Source: a virus (Duplodnaviria > Caudoviricetes). From it: 50,428 bases of DNA. Position numbers and translations under genes: made by a program. Shown here one piece after another: positions 24,671 to 35,181 of the stretch; the first letter of the stretch is position 1, and the number at the start of each line of letters is the position of its first letter. The notes beneath the pieces are model-generated. The model saw only the letters and a list, made by a program, of their open reading frames with translations. It did no database searches and was not told the DNA's origin. The stretch is taken from IMG/VR virus record IMGVR_UViG_3300020044_002789, positions 1 through 50,428 of that record. The stretch is one strand, 5' to 3'.

Positions 24671-24804
24671 TAGTTTGACTCCTGCATTTTCCTCAATAGG
24701 TAAGCGTATTCTGGATTATTTTCATTAGCTTCGACTGAAAGCTTGCTTCCGTCTGGGCGCGTGATAATAATAAAATTGATTCCATTAATGTTTATAGTTT
24801 CCAT
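24670..24804 (-). CDS. Small putative tail-fibre assembly protein (44 aa)
   Basis: Hand translation METININGINFIIITRPDGSKLSVEANENNPEYAYLL...; coupled to both neighbours. Confidence 0.6.
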   Translation of the reverse strand: METININGINFIIITRPDGSKLSVEANENNPEYAYLLRKMQESN

Positions 24805-26801
24805 TATATTTCCGCGTTCAATTCAATCCAGCCATTTGCATCGCCAAACTGCAACCCATAAGGCCTGTGTGCCACATCATTTGCTGCGTGAGTTAACTGG
24901 ATGGTGGCTCTAGTTGAAGTGGCAGCAGTTAGCCCAAGGTTGGTTAGCGCCGTAGTAGCACCTGTTCCATCTACCATCTGAACACCTGTCCAACCGATAG
25001 AGCTTGGAGCGATACGCATTTGTGGACTTATGTTCATGTAAGTGTTTGTGACAGTTGTTCCAGACCCAGCGCCGAATGACACCACAGTGGCTGCTGTGCC
25101 ACCATGACGCTGATAGTAACGCTGACAAAGAACCAGCTCTTCACCAATCGATGATGTGTGCATCTGGAATGGATTTACAGAAGCACCAAGCTCAAGTTGA
25201 GCACCAGCAACATCAAAGTAGTCATTGGTTAGCGCAGTAGCTGTGGTCGGAGTATACTGGAAACCGACTGATACCTGAGTTGCGTTAGCTGGAACGACAC
25301 CTGTTACAGTTAGGCGTTGCCAGTCAGTTGCTAGAGTCTTTGTTACGGATGCAACAGTCACTGAGCCTGTATAACCGCTAGCGACCCTCTGGTCGGTTCC
25401 TGTGCCAGATAGGACACGCATAGCAAAAGCGCCAGCTGTGTCAGCACCTTTGCGAACCCAAGCCGAGAAGGTTACAACTTGACCAGCAAGTGGCACAGAG
25501 TTGACTGTCTCGAAGTTGTTGTAGAAAAGAATGTTCACTGTGGAAGTGTTGCCAGAGTCTCTCTGCACACGGATACCATAGATGTGCTGGCTCGGCCCTG
25601 TGATTCTAGAGCATGTAGCTCCAGCTGCGTAGCCAGTTCTAAATAACTGCCACCTGTCAGCTGTATATCCGTTTGTAGCGCCAGTAGCCGTTACAAGACC
25701 GCTTGTTCCGCGCTGCCAAATATTGAAGTCACCATTAATGATGTGGTTTCTAGTTGAGTAGTCAATCGCTCTGCCTTTGCCGGCTTCTGGATTAATCCAA
25801 ATGTCGTTTGCGCCGGGAGAAGAAGGCGCTGTGGCTGAAACAAAGATATTAGTTCCATTGACAGCTAGGCTACCAGCGGATAACGCAGGTGTCACCAACT
25901 CATCCTGTGACATGAATGAGACATAAGAAGCCGGGTCTCCACCATCAGGGCCTAGGAACACTCCGCCAGAGTTTACTGTGACACCCGAGTAAGTTGGGGC
26001 TGGCCCCATGACCGAGAGCTTGCCCTCGTTAATGCTGTTAGGCTGAGCGATGGTTACATATCCGCCAGCTACATAGGTAGCTGTGGCTGCGCTAGATACC
26101 ACAAACTTCATCGGTGAGCTAACAATGTCAACCGATGTAATCAATAAGTTGTCGCCATTGTAGTCAGCAGGATTGATGCCGGTTACATTTACATACTTAC
26201 CGGGCGTGTAGAGCGCAATGTTGGTTGCGTTATTTTCGATTTGGTAAGTGGCGTTAGTTCCATCGCCAGCTACTGTTACAATGCTCACATTTGAACGCTC
26301 AGCTGCCCCATTGTTCATAAGCGTCACAGCCAGACCATCACCATTGATTTGACCATAGCCATTCATGTTGAATGTTGTGTCAGTGGTGTTGAATTTGCCG
26401 TCTGTGTAATACTCCTGCTGCGTCACAGGGTTGTTACCATACTGACCTGCAATAAGCTCTAGGTTTGGAGTGATGGCAATAGTCTCGCCAGTAATAGGGT
26501 TCAGCTCTTGGCGCTGTAGGTTTCCAACTGCGAGAACGCCATCTACAGAAACTCCAGCTTGAGCTTCAACTGAGCCAGAGAACGACATGGCAGCAGAGGA
26601 AGCTTGCAGCGTTCCATCTTGCAGCTCGGTAAACGAGAAGGTATCCGAGATGCCTCGGTTCTGCTCGTGGTCTGGGTTTGAGCCGTTTGTTATAAGGCTA
26701 GCCAGCTGTGCAACCTGATACTCTAATGCCTGAATCTGCTCATCGGTCGTTCTGACCCAAGGCTGCATGGTTGAGGGAGCATTGCTCTCTGGCTTTATCA
26801 T
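24804..26801 (-). CDS. Tail fibre / receptor-binding protein with carbohydrate-binding-like domain
   Basis: RNHIINGDFNIWQRG...YTADRW...QLELG...ELVLCQRYY fibre motif set. Confidence 0.8.
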   Translation of the reverse strand: MIKPESNAPSTMQPWVRTTDEQIQALEYQVAQLASLITNGSNPDHEQNRGISDTFSFTELQDGTLQASSAAMSFSGSVEAQAGVSVDGVLAVGNLQRQELNPITGETIAITPNLELIAGQYGNNPVTQQEYYTDGKFNTTDTTFNMNGYGQINGDGLAVTLMNNGAAERSNVSIVTVAGDGTNATYQIENNATNIALYTPGKYVNVTGINPADYNGDNLLITSVDIVSSPMKFVVSSAATATYVAGGYVTIAQPNSINEGKLSVMGPAPTYSGVTVNSGGVFLGPDGGDPASYVSFMSQDELVTPALSAGSLAVNGTNIFVSATAPSSPGANDIWINPEAGKGRAIDYSTRNHIINGDFNIWQRGTSGLVTATGATNGYTADRWQLFRTGYAAGATCSRITGPSQHIYGIRVQRDSGNTSTVNILFYNNFETVNSVPLAGQVVTFSAWVRKGADTAGAFAMRVLSGTGTDQRVASGYTGSVTVASVTKTLATDWQRLTVTGVVPANATQVSVGFQYTPTTATALTNDYFDVAGAQLELGASVNPFQMHTSSIGEELVLCQRYYQRHGGTAATVVSFGAGSGTTVTNTYMNISPQMRIAPSSIGWTGVQMVDGTGATTALTNLGLTAATSTRATIQLTHAANDVAHRPYGLQFGDANGWIELNAEI

Positions 26802-28321
26802 GCTGTAGGCTCCATTAGTGGTATGATAGCTAGGTCGCTATACTTCATATAGTTGTCTGGGTAAGTAGAAGGGTCTAGCATCGTGCTGTTAAACTGCGCG
26901 AATGTCTTGCCTGACCACTTAGTGTTGAAGTCAGCGAAAGTTACATACTGCTTAGCCTCAATCGAGATTGAGCCGTAGTCGTAAGACACAGACTCTGCTC
27001 GATACTTTGAGCCAGCGTAACTAAAAATAGCGCCCGGCACAAATCCAAACTCTTGGTTACTTGCTTCTACTATTTTATCAGTAGCAAAACTAAATCGCAC
27101 ATTTGGACCGCAGATTTCTTGGTTGGTGTAATATGCGGTATTGTATAGGTATGAGTCTTTTACTAGGAATGGATTGTTAGAATACTCATTGTCTTCATCG
27201 CCAATAGAGCTACCTGTATTAAAGGAGATTGTCTCCTGCTTTACAAGAGCACCAGTTCCAGTCAAAGCTAGGGCAGGGTAATCATCTCGGAACTCCAAGT
27301 TCCAAGGTGTGTTGAGTCGAATGTTTGGGCCTGTGATTGTTAGCTTTATCTCGTATGGGTTGTCTGTGAGGCTAGCCACAACGCCAGCTCCAAGACCTGT
27401 TGCAGTCGCCTGTGGGACAATATACCCATTCTTGTCTCGGAATACATAGAAGCCGTTTGCCTTTTCGCTTGGCACTGTTCCGATTGAGTATGGCTGAATG
27501 TAGGTAGCATAGCTAGTAAATGGAGTCGTAGTATACTCTGGCTGGTTAACTGATGTAAGCGAGATTTTAGTAGTTAGAATTACTTCCTTCTTCTCGCCAA
27601 ACTCAATACTCTCAGAGCTATCCTTCGGACCATAAGCATATACAATTGCACCAGTGACCCAAGTCGAAGTATTGCGAGTGAACTTTGTAGTCTTAGCTTG
27701 CTCGCCCAGTTCAATGCTAAAGCTCTCGCTGTCAACATTCTCGATAGTCATTGACTTTGTGCCTCGTGGCTTTACATAGAGCACATTGCTCTGGCAATAC
27801 ATCTCAGCGCCGACCGCAACACAAAGGAGCTTTAGCGAGTTCCAAATGTTGTCATTCCAGCCCGGAAAAACAACACTAGCCGAGAAAGATGTGTCAACTG
27901 AATACTGACCGGATGTAAGGCCAGCAGCTGCGAAGTAAGCCTCGAAAGCTTCCTTTAAAGTGCCGTTATGAGCGTTCACCTTTTTGGTTACATTTAGCTT
28001 CTCGAAGATTGAATATACATCTGCGCTGACAGTCTGAGCGTCTAGCGAGATGTTTCCAACGCGACCAATAAAAGCGCCCCTCATCTCATCTGTGAGAGTG
28101 ATTGAATTATCAATCAGCAATAGGCTAGATGGGTGAGTTGTGCCAGATGTCTGCACAGTATTGGATAAGCCGGATACTGTGAGCGCAGGAATCTCGCCAG
28201 CTAGGTTTGCTACTCCAGTTGGAGTCGCGCTCTCGGTTACCGAGTATTCAATAATTACATCAGACTGGTCACCGGATGGAACAAATCTTCCATTTCCGGT
28301 TGTCGTTACTTTTACGCCCAT
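26798..28321 (-). CDS. Minor tail (hub) protein
   Basis: Second gene after tape measure. Confidence 0.7.
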   Translation of the reverse strand: MGVKVTTTGNGRFVPSGDQSDVIIEYSVTESATPTGVANLAGEIPALTVSGLSNTVQTSGTTHPSSLLLIDNSITLTDEMRGAFIGRVGNISLDAQTVSADVYSIFEKLNVTKKVNAHNGTLKEAFEAYFAAAGLTSGQYSVDTSFSASVVFPGWNDNIWNSLKLLCVAVGAEMYCQSNVLYVKPRGTKSMTIENVDSESFSIELGEQAKTTKFTRNTSTWVTGAIVYAYGPKDSSESIEFGEKKEVILTTKISLTSVNQPEYTTTPFTSYATYIQPYSIGTVPSEKANGFYVFRDKNGYIVPQATATGLGAGVVASLTDNPYEIKLTITGPNIRLNTPWNLEFRDDYPALALTGTGALVKQETISFNTGSSIGDEDNEYSNNPFLVKDSYLYNTAYYTNQEICGPNVRFSFATDKIVEASNQEFGFVPGAIFSYAGSKYRAESVSYDYGSISIEAKQYVTFADFNTKWSGKTFAQFNSTMLDPSTYPDNYMKYSDLAIIPLMEPTA

Positions 28322-29208
28322 TATACTACCTCTACGAGAGTTGCACTCATTTCAAAGAATCCGCTGTTAATTGCTGAGGAGATGTAGCTCATTGTCGGTG
28401 CGCCGGCAAACTCAAGCTTCATGGTCCCTCGGCCCGAGATGAATCCGCCAGAAGCAACGCTAGTGCCAGTCGGTAGAATCTGTGCAATCATAGCAACTAA
28501 GTTAGCCGAAGAGCTTGACGCGCTTCCGTTTGCCAAGTAAATGTCCACACGAGAGTAGCTTGAGCCAGCAAATGTTTGGTTGGTTCTTGTCGTTCCACCT
28601 GCAAGCAAGCTGTTTGGGTTTACTGCGGTCTGAGCGACTCCGCTAGTGTTGTATGGAACAACCCTAATTCCAGCAGCGCTAGAAGCAGTGACTCCGGCTG
28701 TCGTAGAGTGCCAGCCAAAGTGCAAAGTGTGGCTTGATGGTATTAGGATTGTGAGCTTTCTGGTGTCAGAGTGTGAGCCCGGCAGGGCATACACAGCTCT
28801 CTTTATTGGGTAAGAGTTGTTGTATGAGTTTGCTGTAAATGTAGGTGTAATTGTCGCAGACAAGCTAGGCCAGTCTGTCTCATCCAGCATAGGTGCAGCC
28901 CAGTGCGGTGGAAGAACATTGCTCGCCATTGAGTATGGGTCTAGCCAGTAAAATGGACCAGCACCATATAGGCCATCGTAGAAGTCCTTGATTGTCTGAA
29001 TGTTCTCAGTAGAATCAGTTCCATTCATCTGACCACTCCAAGACATCGAGAACTCTCGGTGAGTTCGGCTGGAACGGCGCACAGATGAACCGCCATTCAG
29101 GAAGTCAATCTTGCTTGCGTATCCAACTGGACTAGCATCCATTCCCGAGCGTGGGGCTTTCACCCATGCTGCTCGGTTTACATTTCCAAAGTAGGCTGTC
29201 TGTGCCAT
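28321..29208 (-). CDS. Minor tail (distal tail-like) protein
   Basis: First gene after tape measure; GPFYWLDPY motif. Confidence 0.7.
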   Translation of the reverse strand: MAQTAYFGNVNRAAWVKAPRSGMDASPVGYASKIDFLNGGSSVRRSSRTHREFSMSWSGQMNGTDSTENIQTIKDFYDGLYGAGPFYWLDPYSMASNVLPPHWAAPMLDETDWPSLSATITPTFTANSYNNSYPIKRAVYALPGSHSDTRKLTILIPSSHTLHFGWHSTTAGVTASSAAGIRVVPYNTSGVAQTAVNPNSLLAGGTTRTNQTFAGSSYSRVDIYLANGSASSSSANLVAMIAQILPTGTSVASGGFISGRGTMKLEFAGAPTMSYISSAINSGFFEMSATLVEVV

Positions 29209-32200
29209 TAGTTCTTACCTCGTCTTGCTAGCTCTTTGTTTCCGTCATTAGCTGATTCAGCGATAACGCGGTTTGTGGTTCTTAGTGTGATAGGTCGGTT
29301 CATTACTGACTGGAGCAATTCGCGGTCCTTAGATGACAAGTATACCACTTGACCAGAAGAACTTGCAGCAGTTGCACTAGCGCCAGAAGTTGCCATTGGT
29401 AGTCGCTGCTGATTCACTGCGTTCATAAAGTCAACCCCATATGCACGCACAGCAGAGGATTGCATTACGAACTCGCTACGCGATGCCTTGATTAGCTGGT
29501 TGTCTTGCTTGTTGCCACCAAAGCCACCAATCAAACCACCATCTGCATATTGACCACTTGTGATAAGCTTGTCAATAGAGTCAACTTGACCATAGTAGGT
29601 GTTTAGCTGACCAGATGCGAAGGGGGTGTTCATCTTCTTAAGCTTTGCAATCTCACCTTGTAGGCGCTTCTTCTCATCCTGTAGAATCTTTAGGCGTTCT
29701 TCCTTGGTAGGAAGTTTTAGGTCAAGCGTGGCAGTTGCCTTAGCTGCATTAGCCTTAGCAATGAAGTTGTCAAGGGCTTGCTGAGCCGGGTCGGTATTTG
29801 CTCCAACAGTAACATCCTTTGGAACCTTCTTAACCACCTTGATAAAGCCGTCAAAAATGTTTGACTGGTCTTCGATTTCCTTCGAGGACAATCCCATTGC
29901 CTTAAGCTGAGCAACAAAAGCAGCCTTTGACTTACCGACTTCTTTTTTGAGTTCGTCTTGACCTGCGCCACCGGCAGCTAGACCTTGAATATATTCTGCG
30001 TTAGCTCCGATTAGTCCTTGGATGGTTTTGATGTTGTCGCGACCAGCCTGAGTGTTGACATCTAGGCTGCCAGAGGTGATACCGACATTGTAAGCTAGGT
30101 CTTCCTGTGCCTTGACAAGCTCAGCGTCAATGCCAGCAATCTCAGCTGCAATTCGCTCAGCACCTGCTGTATCACCAAACATCTGTGCAAGACCGAGGTC
30201 CATCTGAAGCTGGTCTTTCTCATTCTTCTTTTCGGAAAGAGTTGCCTGAAGCTGGATTACATTGAGTCGAGCCTCTTTAAGCTTACTGTTGATATCAGCC
30301 ATTGTGTCATTCAAAACAATCAAACCATTAGTTCTTGAGAACTTAATGTCAATTGCTTCTTTCAGCACAGCGCCTAGCTCGCTAGCGTAATCAAGGATTG
30401 TCTTGACATTGGTTGCGGTCTTGTTTGTCGCATCGTTTGTGAGTAGCCATTGCTGAAGAAAGAGTTTAGCGTAGCCACCTCCGGTAAGGGCAATCTTTAG
30501 CTGATTACCATACTCAATAGCTGCTTTTCCGCCCTCTGTGGTTTTATCTTGCAAGAGAATCCAGTTATTAATAATTCCATCAAGCTGAGATGGGTCAGTC
30601 GCATTTCTGATATTAGTTGCAAGCTGAGTATAATTTTTTCCAGCAGCAGCATTAGCGATGTATTCAGTCATAACCTCAAAGGCATCGCCAGTGTCGTAGC
30701 CCTGCTCCTCAAGCGCAATCAGTCCACCAGCAATTCGCTCAATACCACCAGCAAAACCAGTTCCAGCAGCTTCAGCAGCCTCTAGGGATGCAACCATAAA
30801 GTTCTGCCAGTTCTGCATATTGGTGCGACCCTCTTCACCAAAGATATCCATACTTCCGCCGGTATCCTTGATGCCTTGTGCAAGCTGCTGGAAAGCGTCA
30901 TAAACTTTTCCAGTGGCGTTGACATTGGCGCTAGCAGCGGTCAGATATTTCTTAAGCTGCTCGCTCAGTCCCTCAACCATGTCAGCAGCAGCATCAGCTG
31001 AGTAACCCTGCTCAATGAGTGTGTTTTTTTGCAGTTCAGCAGCAGCAGCAGCAGCTTTTGCAGCATCCCTCATGCCATCAATAGCTTTAGCGACACCATC
31101 AATCTCTCTCAGGGTGGATACAAATTCACCATCAGTAGCATTTAGGGCATTTGCCATAGCTGTAATTTCAGCTTCTGTTTTATTATACGCCTTACCCCAC
31201 CCTTCAACAGCAGCGGTTACCTTGTCGGCATCTTTTGCATATTCTCCAGTTGGAAGTTCGTATGTTAATGCAATAAGTTCTTCTCGGATTTTACCAAGAT
31301 ATTCAGTTGCGCCACCATCTTTCGCTAAGCCAGCTGCAATAAACTCAGCAATGTTGAATCCAGCAGCCTCCCACTTGGCCTTGTCTCCAGATTGAGTAAA
31401 TTCCTCAAAAAAGTTCTTTTGCTCTTCGCCGTATTTTGTAAGTGCGCTAGAAACAAACGCAGCTGTATTGGCTCCAAGAGCAAGCTCCTGCTCACCTAGA
31501 AGGTCATTACCCTCTTTTACAACCTTGTTTAGCTTAGCCTGAGCGTCAGCATCAATTTGCTTAGCGTCAACAATCTTGCCAGTTGCAACTGTGCTTCGGC
31601 GGATTCCCTCTTCGGTTGCAGCAGCGAACTCGGCAGCAGCAAGCTGCTCCTCCTTCAAGGTAGCAGCTGATACAACGGCTTCATCATACTCAAACCTGAG
31701 TTTACCAATAGCCTTTCCAGTTGCTTCATAAACAGCAGTATCTTTAAGCATGGCTGCGCGAAGTTCTTCAGCTCCACCGCCAGCCTCAATCATCGAGGCC
31801 CCAAGTTTTTGGGATTCTTTTGACGCACTGTTCATCATATCAGCAACCACAGCAATAGCAGTTCCGATTAGAGTTAGAATCATAAGTGCAGGCAGTGCTT
31901 TTTGAACTAGAATCATTGAGCCAGCAAACAACCTTGCACCAACGGCAGCTACCTTAGCAGCTCTATCCACTCCAAGTATGCCAAGGCTAAAGATGTTTAG
32001 CATTGTTCCGGACTTAGCGCCGGTGATTCCAACCTGTTCGGCAACCATTCTAAATGCTTGCATACTGGTTAGCCCCTTCACAGAGGAAACACCAAGGCCA
32101 TTCATTGCTGTTCTCAAGGCTAGCATACCGGCCATTGCTATGAGCATCGTTCCCTTGAAGAGCAAGAAGCCAGCAGCGAGTGCAGCGATAATCGTAAGAA

Positions 32201-34058
32201 CAAGCTTTAGTGGACCGGGCCATGAGTTAAGGAATTTACCGCCAGCGATAACCATGTCCATGAAAGCCTTCATTGGGGCCATCAGGGTGTCACCGAATGA
32301 TGCAGCAAGCTGCTCGACAACATTCTGGAAAATTGTCATCTTTGACTTTAGGTCATCTTGCACCTTTGCGTAGGCATCGCTAGCGTAGGTTGCGAGTAGA
32401 TATTGCTCGTGAGCATCCTGCATTGTAGATGCCAAAACATCTGTGTTGTTAGCTAGACGCTGAATAACATTCAACTCACGAGAGTTAGTAATACCTAGGG
32501 CTGTGATTGCGCCGTTAAGGTCACCAGAAGCTTTTGCGCCGACTAAGAACGATGTAAAGAACTGGCTTGGGTCTTGCTTCCAAAGTGCCTGAGCCTCTTC
32601 CGAGGTCTTACCCATTAATCCTGCAAAGTCAGCGATTCGGGTTCCACCCTCAGAGACAGATGAGTCAATCTCGCGGAACAGACGCACAATAACACCACGA
32701 GCCTCTTCCGGGCGAACCTTGAGTGAGGCTAGAGCACCAGATAGTCCTACTACCTCATCAGCAGCAAAGCCGGCTTGATTAGCAGCAGCCGAAATTGACT
32801 CAGCCATAGTAAGGATTTCGCGGTCGGTAGCAACGGCGTTCACACCAACAAATGTGATAGCAGATGAAAGGTTCTCAAACTTAGAGGCTGGAACATCTAG
32901 GAGCTGGCCTAGGCGACCAAAGGCTTGAGCAACCTCTTCAACGGAAACGCCAGTAATGGCAGAGAACTGCACAACAGTCTGGGTAAATCGGTCTAGCGAG
33001 TCTGCTGCAATGCCCATCTGCGCACCTAGGGTTGCAACCTTTGTGATTTCCTCATAGGAAACAGGTGATGTTGTGGCAATAGCCATGAGAGATTCTTTTA
33101 GCTTGTCTAGCTCTACTCCAGCAACACCAGAGGTTCGCTCTACGCGAGTAAACGCAGATTCAAACTCAGCAGCCTTCATAATTGCAGCGCCAAGCGCTCC
33201 TGCAATTGCAACTCCGGCAGCGGTTAGCTTTGTGCCGATTTCATACATGGCATAGCGTGTTCGGCTTAGTGCCTTAGTGAATTCTTCTCCACTCATGCTG
33301 GCTTTTGCCGAAGCTTTTGCTTGCTTGTCGAACAATAGGCGATAGTCAATTTCGCGCTTGAACTGGGCAATCTTCCAGTCTGCGTTTACCTTAGCTTCTT
33401 TAATGTATGCTTTGCTTAGGTATGCCGAATTCTTTAGCTCTTCAGATGTTCTGGTCTTTAGGCTGTTCCAAGCAAGTCTTCTCTCTGCCCTGTTAGCATC
33501 CCTAGAGATTGCAGCCTTCTCCTTGAGAAGACCAACCCACATCTTCTTGTCTTCTCTAACAAGCTGTCTGCGGAACTTACCTGAGTTCAGGAACTGCTCG
33601 TAATCCCTCTTCTTTAGCTCCTGCTGCCACCACTTCGTGTAGTCTGCTTCAGCTCTCTTACGAGCAGTAATGTCTGTGAGTGGGAGAGCTTTTCTCTCCA
33701 TCTTTTGCACAGGAGACTGCATAAGGTTGGCTTTAAGCCATTCGTCTCTAGCCTTAGTGCTGTCTACAGCACCAAACTGCGCGCGTGTGTTTTCTTTGGA
33801 TGCTCGCTTACGGATGCGCTCAAGACGCTGATACGAGTCGCTTGCATCCTTTTCAGTCTTGATGAGGTTACGGCTCTCTACAACTCTAGCGTTGTTTGAA
33901 GCGTCAATCCTCTTTTTTAGGCTCTTCTGGATAAAGCCATCTACGGCTGCTGAGTGCTTTTGACCATCGTTAGTCATACCCTTCCAGATACCGCCAACGA
34001 CAGCTGCATTAGTTTTAAACTTATCTACAGCGAGCGAGATTTTTGCTCTAATTTCCAA
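29208..34058 (-). CDS. Tape measure protein
   Basis: 1616 aa, Ala-rich helical; AAEFESAFTRVERT TP901-type core; TM segments; follows chaperone pair. Confidence 0.95.
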   Translation of the reverse strand: MEIRAKISLAVDKFKTNAAVVGGIWKGMTNDGQKHSAAVDGFIQKSLKKRIDASNNARVVESRNLIKTEKDASDSYQRLERIRKRASKENTRAQFGAVDSTKARDEWLKANLMQSPVQKMERKALPLTDITARKRAEADYTKWWQQELKKRDYEQFLNSGKFRRQLVREDKKMWVGLLKEKAAISRDANRAERRLAWNSLKTRTSEELKNSAYLSKAYIKEAKVNADWKIAQFKREIDYRLLFDKQAKASAKASMSGEEFTKALSRTRYAMYEIGTKLTAAGVAIAGALGAAIMKAAEFESAFTRVERTSGVAGVELDKLKESLMAIATTSPVSYEEITKVATLGAQMGIAADSLDRFTQTVVQFSAITGVSVEEVAQAFGRLGQLLDVPASKFENLSSAITFVGVNAVATDREILTMAESISAAANQAGFAADEVVGLSGALASLKVRPEEARGVIVRLFREIDSSVSEGGTRIADFAGLMGKTSEEAQALWKQDPSQFFTSFLVGAKASGDLNGAITALGITNSRELNVIQRLANNTDVLASTMQDAHEQYLLATYASDAYAKVQDDLKSKMTIFQNVVEQLAASFGDTLMAPMKAFMDMVIAGGKFLNSWPGPLKLVLTIIAALAAGFLLFKGTMLIAMAGMLALRTAMNGLGVSSVKGLTSMQAFRMVAEQVGITGAKSGTMLNIFSLGILGVDRAAKVAAVGARLFAGSMILVQKALPALMILTLIGTAIAVVADMMNSASKESQKLGASMIEAGGGAEELRAAMLKDTAVYEATGKAIGKLRFEYDEAVVSAATLKEEQLAAAEFAAATEEGIRRSTVATGKIVDAKQIDADAQAKLNKVVKEGNDLLGEQELALGANTAAFVSSALTKYGEEQKNFFEEFTQSGDKAKWEAAGFNIAEFIAAGLAKDGGATEYLGKIREELIALTYELPTGEYAKDADKVTAAVEGWGKAYNKTEAEITAMANALNATDGEFVSTLREIDGVAKAIDGMRDAAKAAAAAAELQKNTLIEQGYSADAAADMVEGLSEQLKKYLTAASANVNATGKVYDAFQQLAQGIKDTGGSMDIFGEEGRTNMQNWQNFMVASLEAAEAAGTGFAGGIERIAGGLIALEEQGYDTGDAFEVMTEYIANAAAGKNYTQLATNIRNATDPSQLDGIINNWILLQDKTTEGGKAAIEYGNQLKIALTGGGYAKLFLQQWLLTNDATNKTATNVKTILDYASELGAVLKEAIDIKFSRTNGLIVLNDTMADINSKLKEARLNVIQLQATLSEKKNEKDQLQMDLGLAQMFGDTAGAERIAAEIAGIDAELVKAQEDLAYNVGITSGSLDVNTQAGRDNIKTIQGLIGANAEYIQGLAAGGAGQDELKKEVGKSKAAFVAQLKAMGLSSKEIEDQSNIFDGFIKVVKKVPKDVTVGANTDPAQQALDNFIAKANAAKATATLDLKLPTKEERLKILQDEKKRLQGEIAKLKKMNTPFASGQLNTYYGQVDSIDKLITSGQYADGGLIGGFGGNKQDNQLIKASRSEFVMQSSAVRAYGVDFMNAVNQQRLPMATSGASATAASSSGQVVYLSSKDRELLQSVMNRPITLRTTNRVIAESANDGNKELARRGKN

Positions 34059-34084
34059 AGTTACACCACCTAAGTCTTTCTCTA

Positions 34085-34510
34085 CTATTCTACCTTATCC
34101 AACAGGTCGCGATAGTATGAAGCCCTTGTAGGCATTGGGGAGTCATCATATGTGTAAGGAACGACATATGGGATTTCTCCAAAGTTTTTCTTTGAAGTTT
34201 CCTTCTTGCTTTGCTTTTCCTGCCACTTCTCAAGTTCTTCCTTGGCGTAGCATTTTGTGATTTTTATTTTGAATCCGACATTGTGGGCATTATCATTCCT
34301 ACAAATCCAAATTGGATTGCCACATTCATTACAGGTTTCTTCCTGTAGCATCTGGTATGCTTCTAACAATAGGAAATCAAAGGTCACCCAAGGGTCGCTA
34401 GGCTGCTCGTGGAACAGCATAGCGACCGGGCGAATACCTGCGGTTATTGCAGCTTTGATAGTCGTCACATACTGACGATTACCTTCCCATGTTAGGACTT
34501 CGGTAAAAAA
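34085..34510 (-). CDS. Tail assembly chaperone, -1 frameshift extension (gpT-like)
   Basis: Open -1 frame from slippery T TTT TTA (34504-34510): FTEVLTWEGNRQYVTTIKAA... Confidence 0.8.
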   Translation of the reverse strand, partial: FFTEVLTWEGNRQYVTTIKAAITAGIRPVAMLFHEQPSDPWVTFDFLLLEAYQMLQEETCNECGNPIWICRNDNAHNVGFKIKITKCYAKEELEKWQEKQSKKETSKKNFGEIPYVVPYTYDDSPMPTRASYYRDLLDKVE

Positions 34511-35088
34511 CCTGCGTCTGTCGCTGCTGAGAAATACGATGTTGCTAGGGTTAGCTTCTGCATGGTTTCAACGAGAACAGACCAAGAGTCAATTGGAATT
34601 GCTCCGCGAATCTCAAGCATGTCTTCTGCTGTGAACTTGCTGGTATCCTCATTGCCTTCCCCGTCTGTGACTCGCACAACATTGGCAGCAACTAGGTGAG
34701 CTAGGTAGTATTTAACCCATTCTGGATTGTTACCATCTTCGTCTGTTTCTGGATAAAGTTCGTCTGCCTTCTTTGTGGCAGCCTCAACCTCAGCCTGTCC
34801 TACGCCACGCATGTGGAAAGTTAGCTTTGAGTCTTTGATTTGTCTGGCAAGGTCCTGAGCGAATTCATTGAGCTGGTCGTATTCTTCGTTCTGACCAAGC
34901 TTGATAAGGTCATTTAGCTCTTTGTTGACTTCTTCCAGTTGCATTGCTGCGTTAGCGTCAAGGTAGACATCTACCGACTTCTCTGGAAATGCACGACCCT
35001 TGATAGCATCGGCCAAGTTGAACTTGCCACGCTTCTGGGCTTCCTCCGCCATATTTACGATGTTGTTGTATGTTGCGTCTTCTGACAT
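34492..35088 (-). CDS. Tail assembly chaperone (gpG-like)
   Basis: Between major tail and tape measure; ends DAGFLPKS over the slippery site. Confidence 0.85.
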   Translation of the reverse strand: MSEDATYNNIVNMAEEAQKRGKFNLADAIKGRAFPEKSVDVYLDANAAMQLEEVNKELNDLIKLGQNEEYDQLNEFAQDLARQIKDSKLTFHMRGVGQAEVEAATKKADELYPETDEDGNNPEWVKYYLAHLVAANVVRVTDGEGNEDTSKFTAEDMLEIRGAIPIDSWSVLVETMQKLTLATSYFSAATDAGFLPKS

Positions 35089-35131
35089 TTTTGCGCCTTT
35101 CTATAGTTTGCCCATTCGTTGTAAAGCTAAA

Positions 35132-35170
35132 GGCAGAGAGGGGTGAATGGGCGCAAAACCCCTCTCTGCC
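35132..35170 (-). promoter_or_regulatory. Strong hairpin after major tail gene, loop complementary to downstream RBS region
   Basis: 13-bp stem GGCAGAGAGGGGT/ACCCCTCTCTGCC; only a weak U-tract. Confidence 0.7.
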
Positions 35171-35181
35171 AGCTTAGTTTG

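Noticed and set aside
29717-33899. Numerous antisense and alternate-frame ORFs within tape measure and other long genes
   Set aside because: Shadow ORFs without RBS or motifs, fully overlapping well-supported genes.
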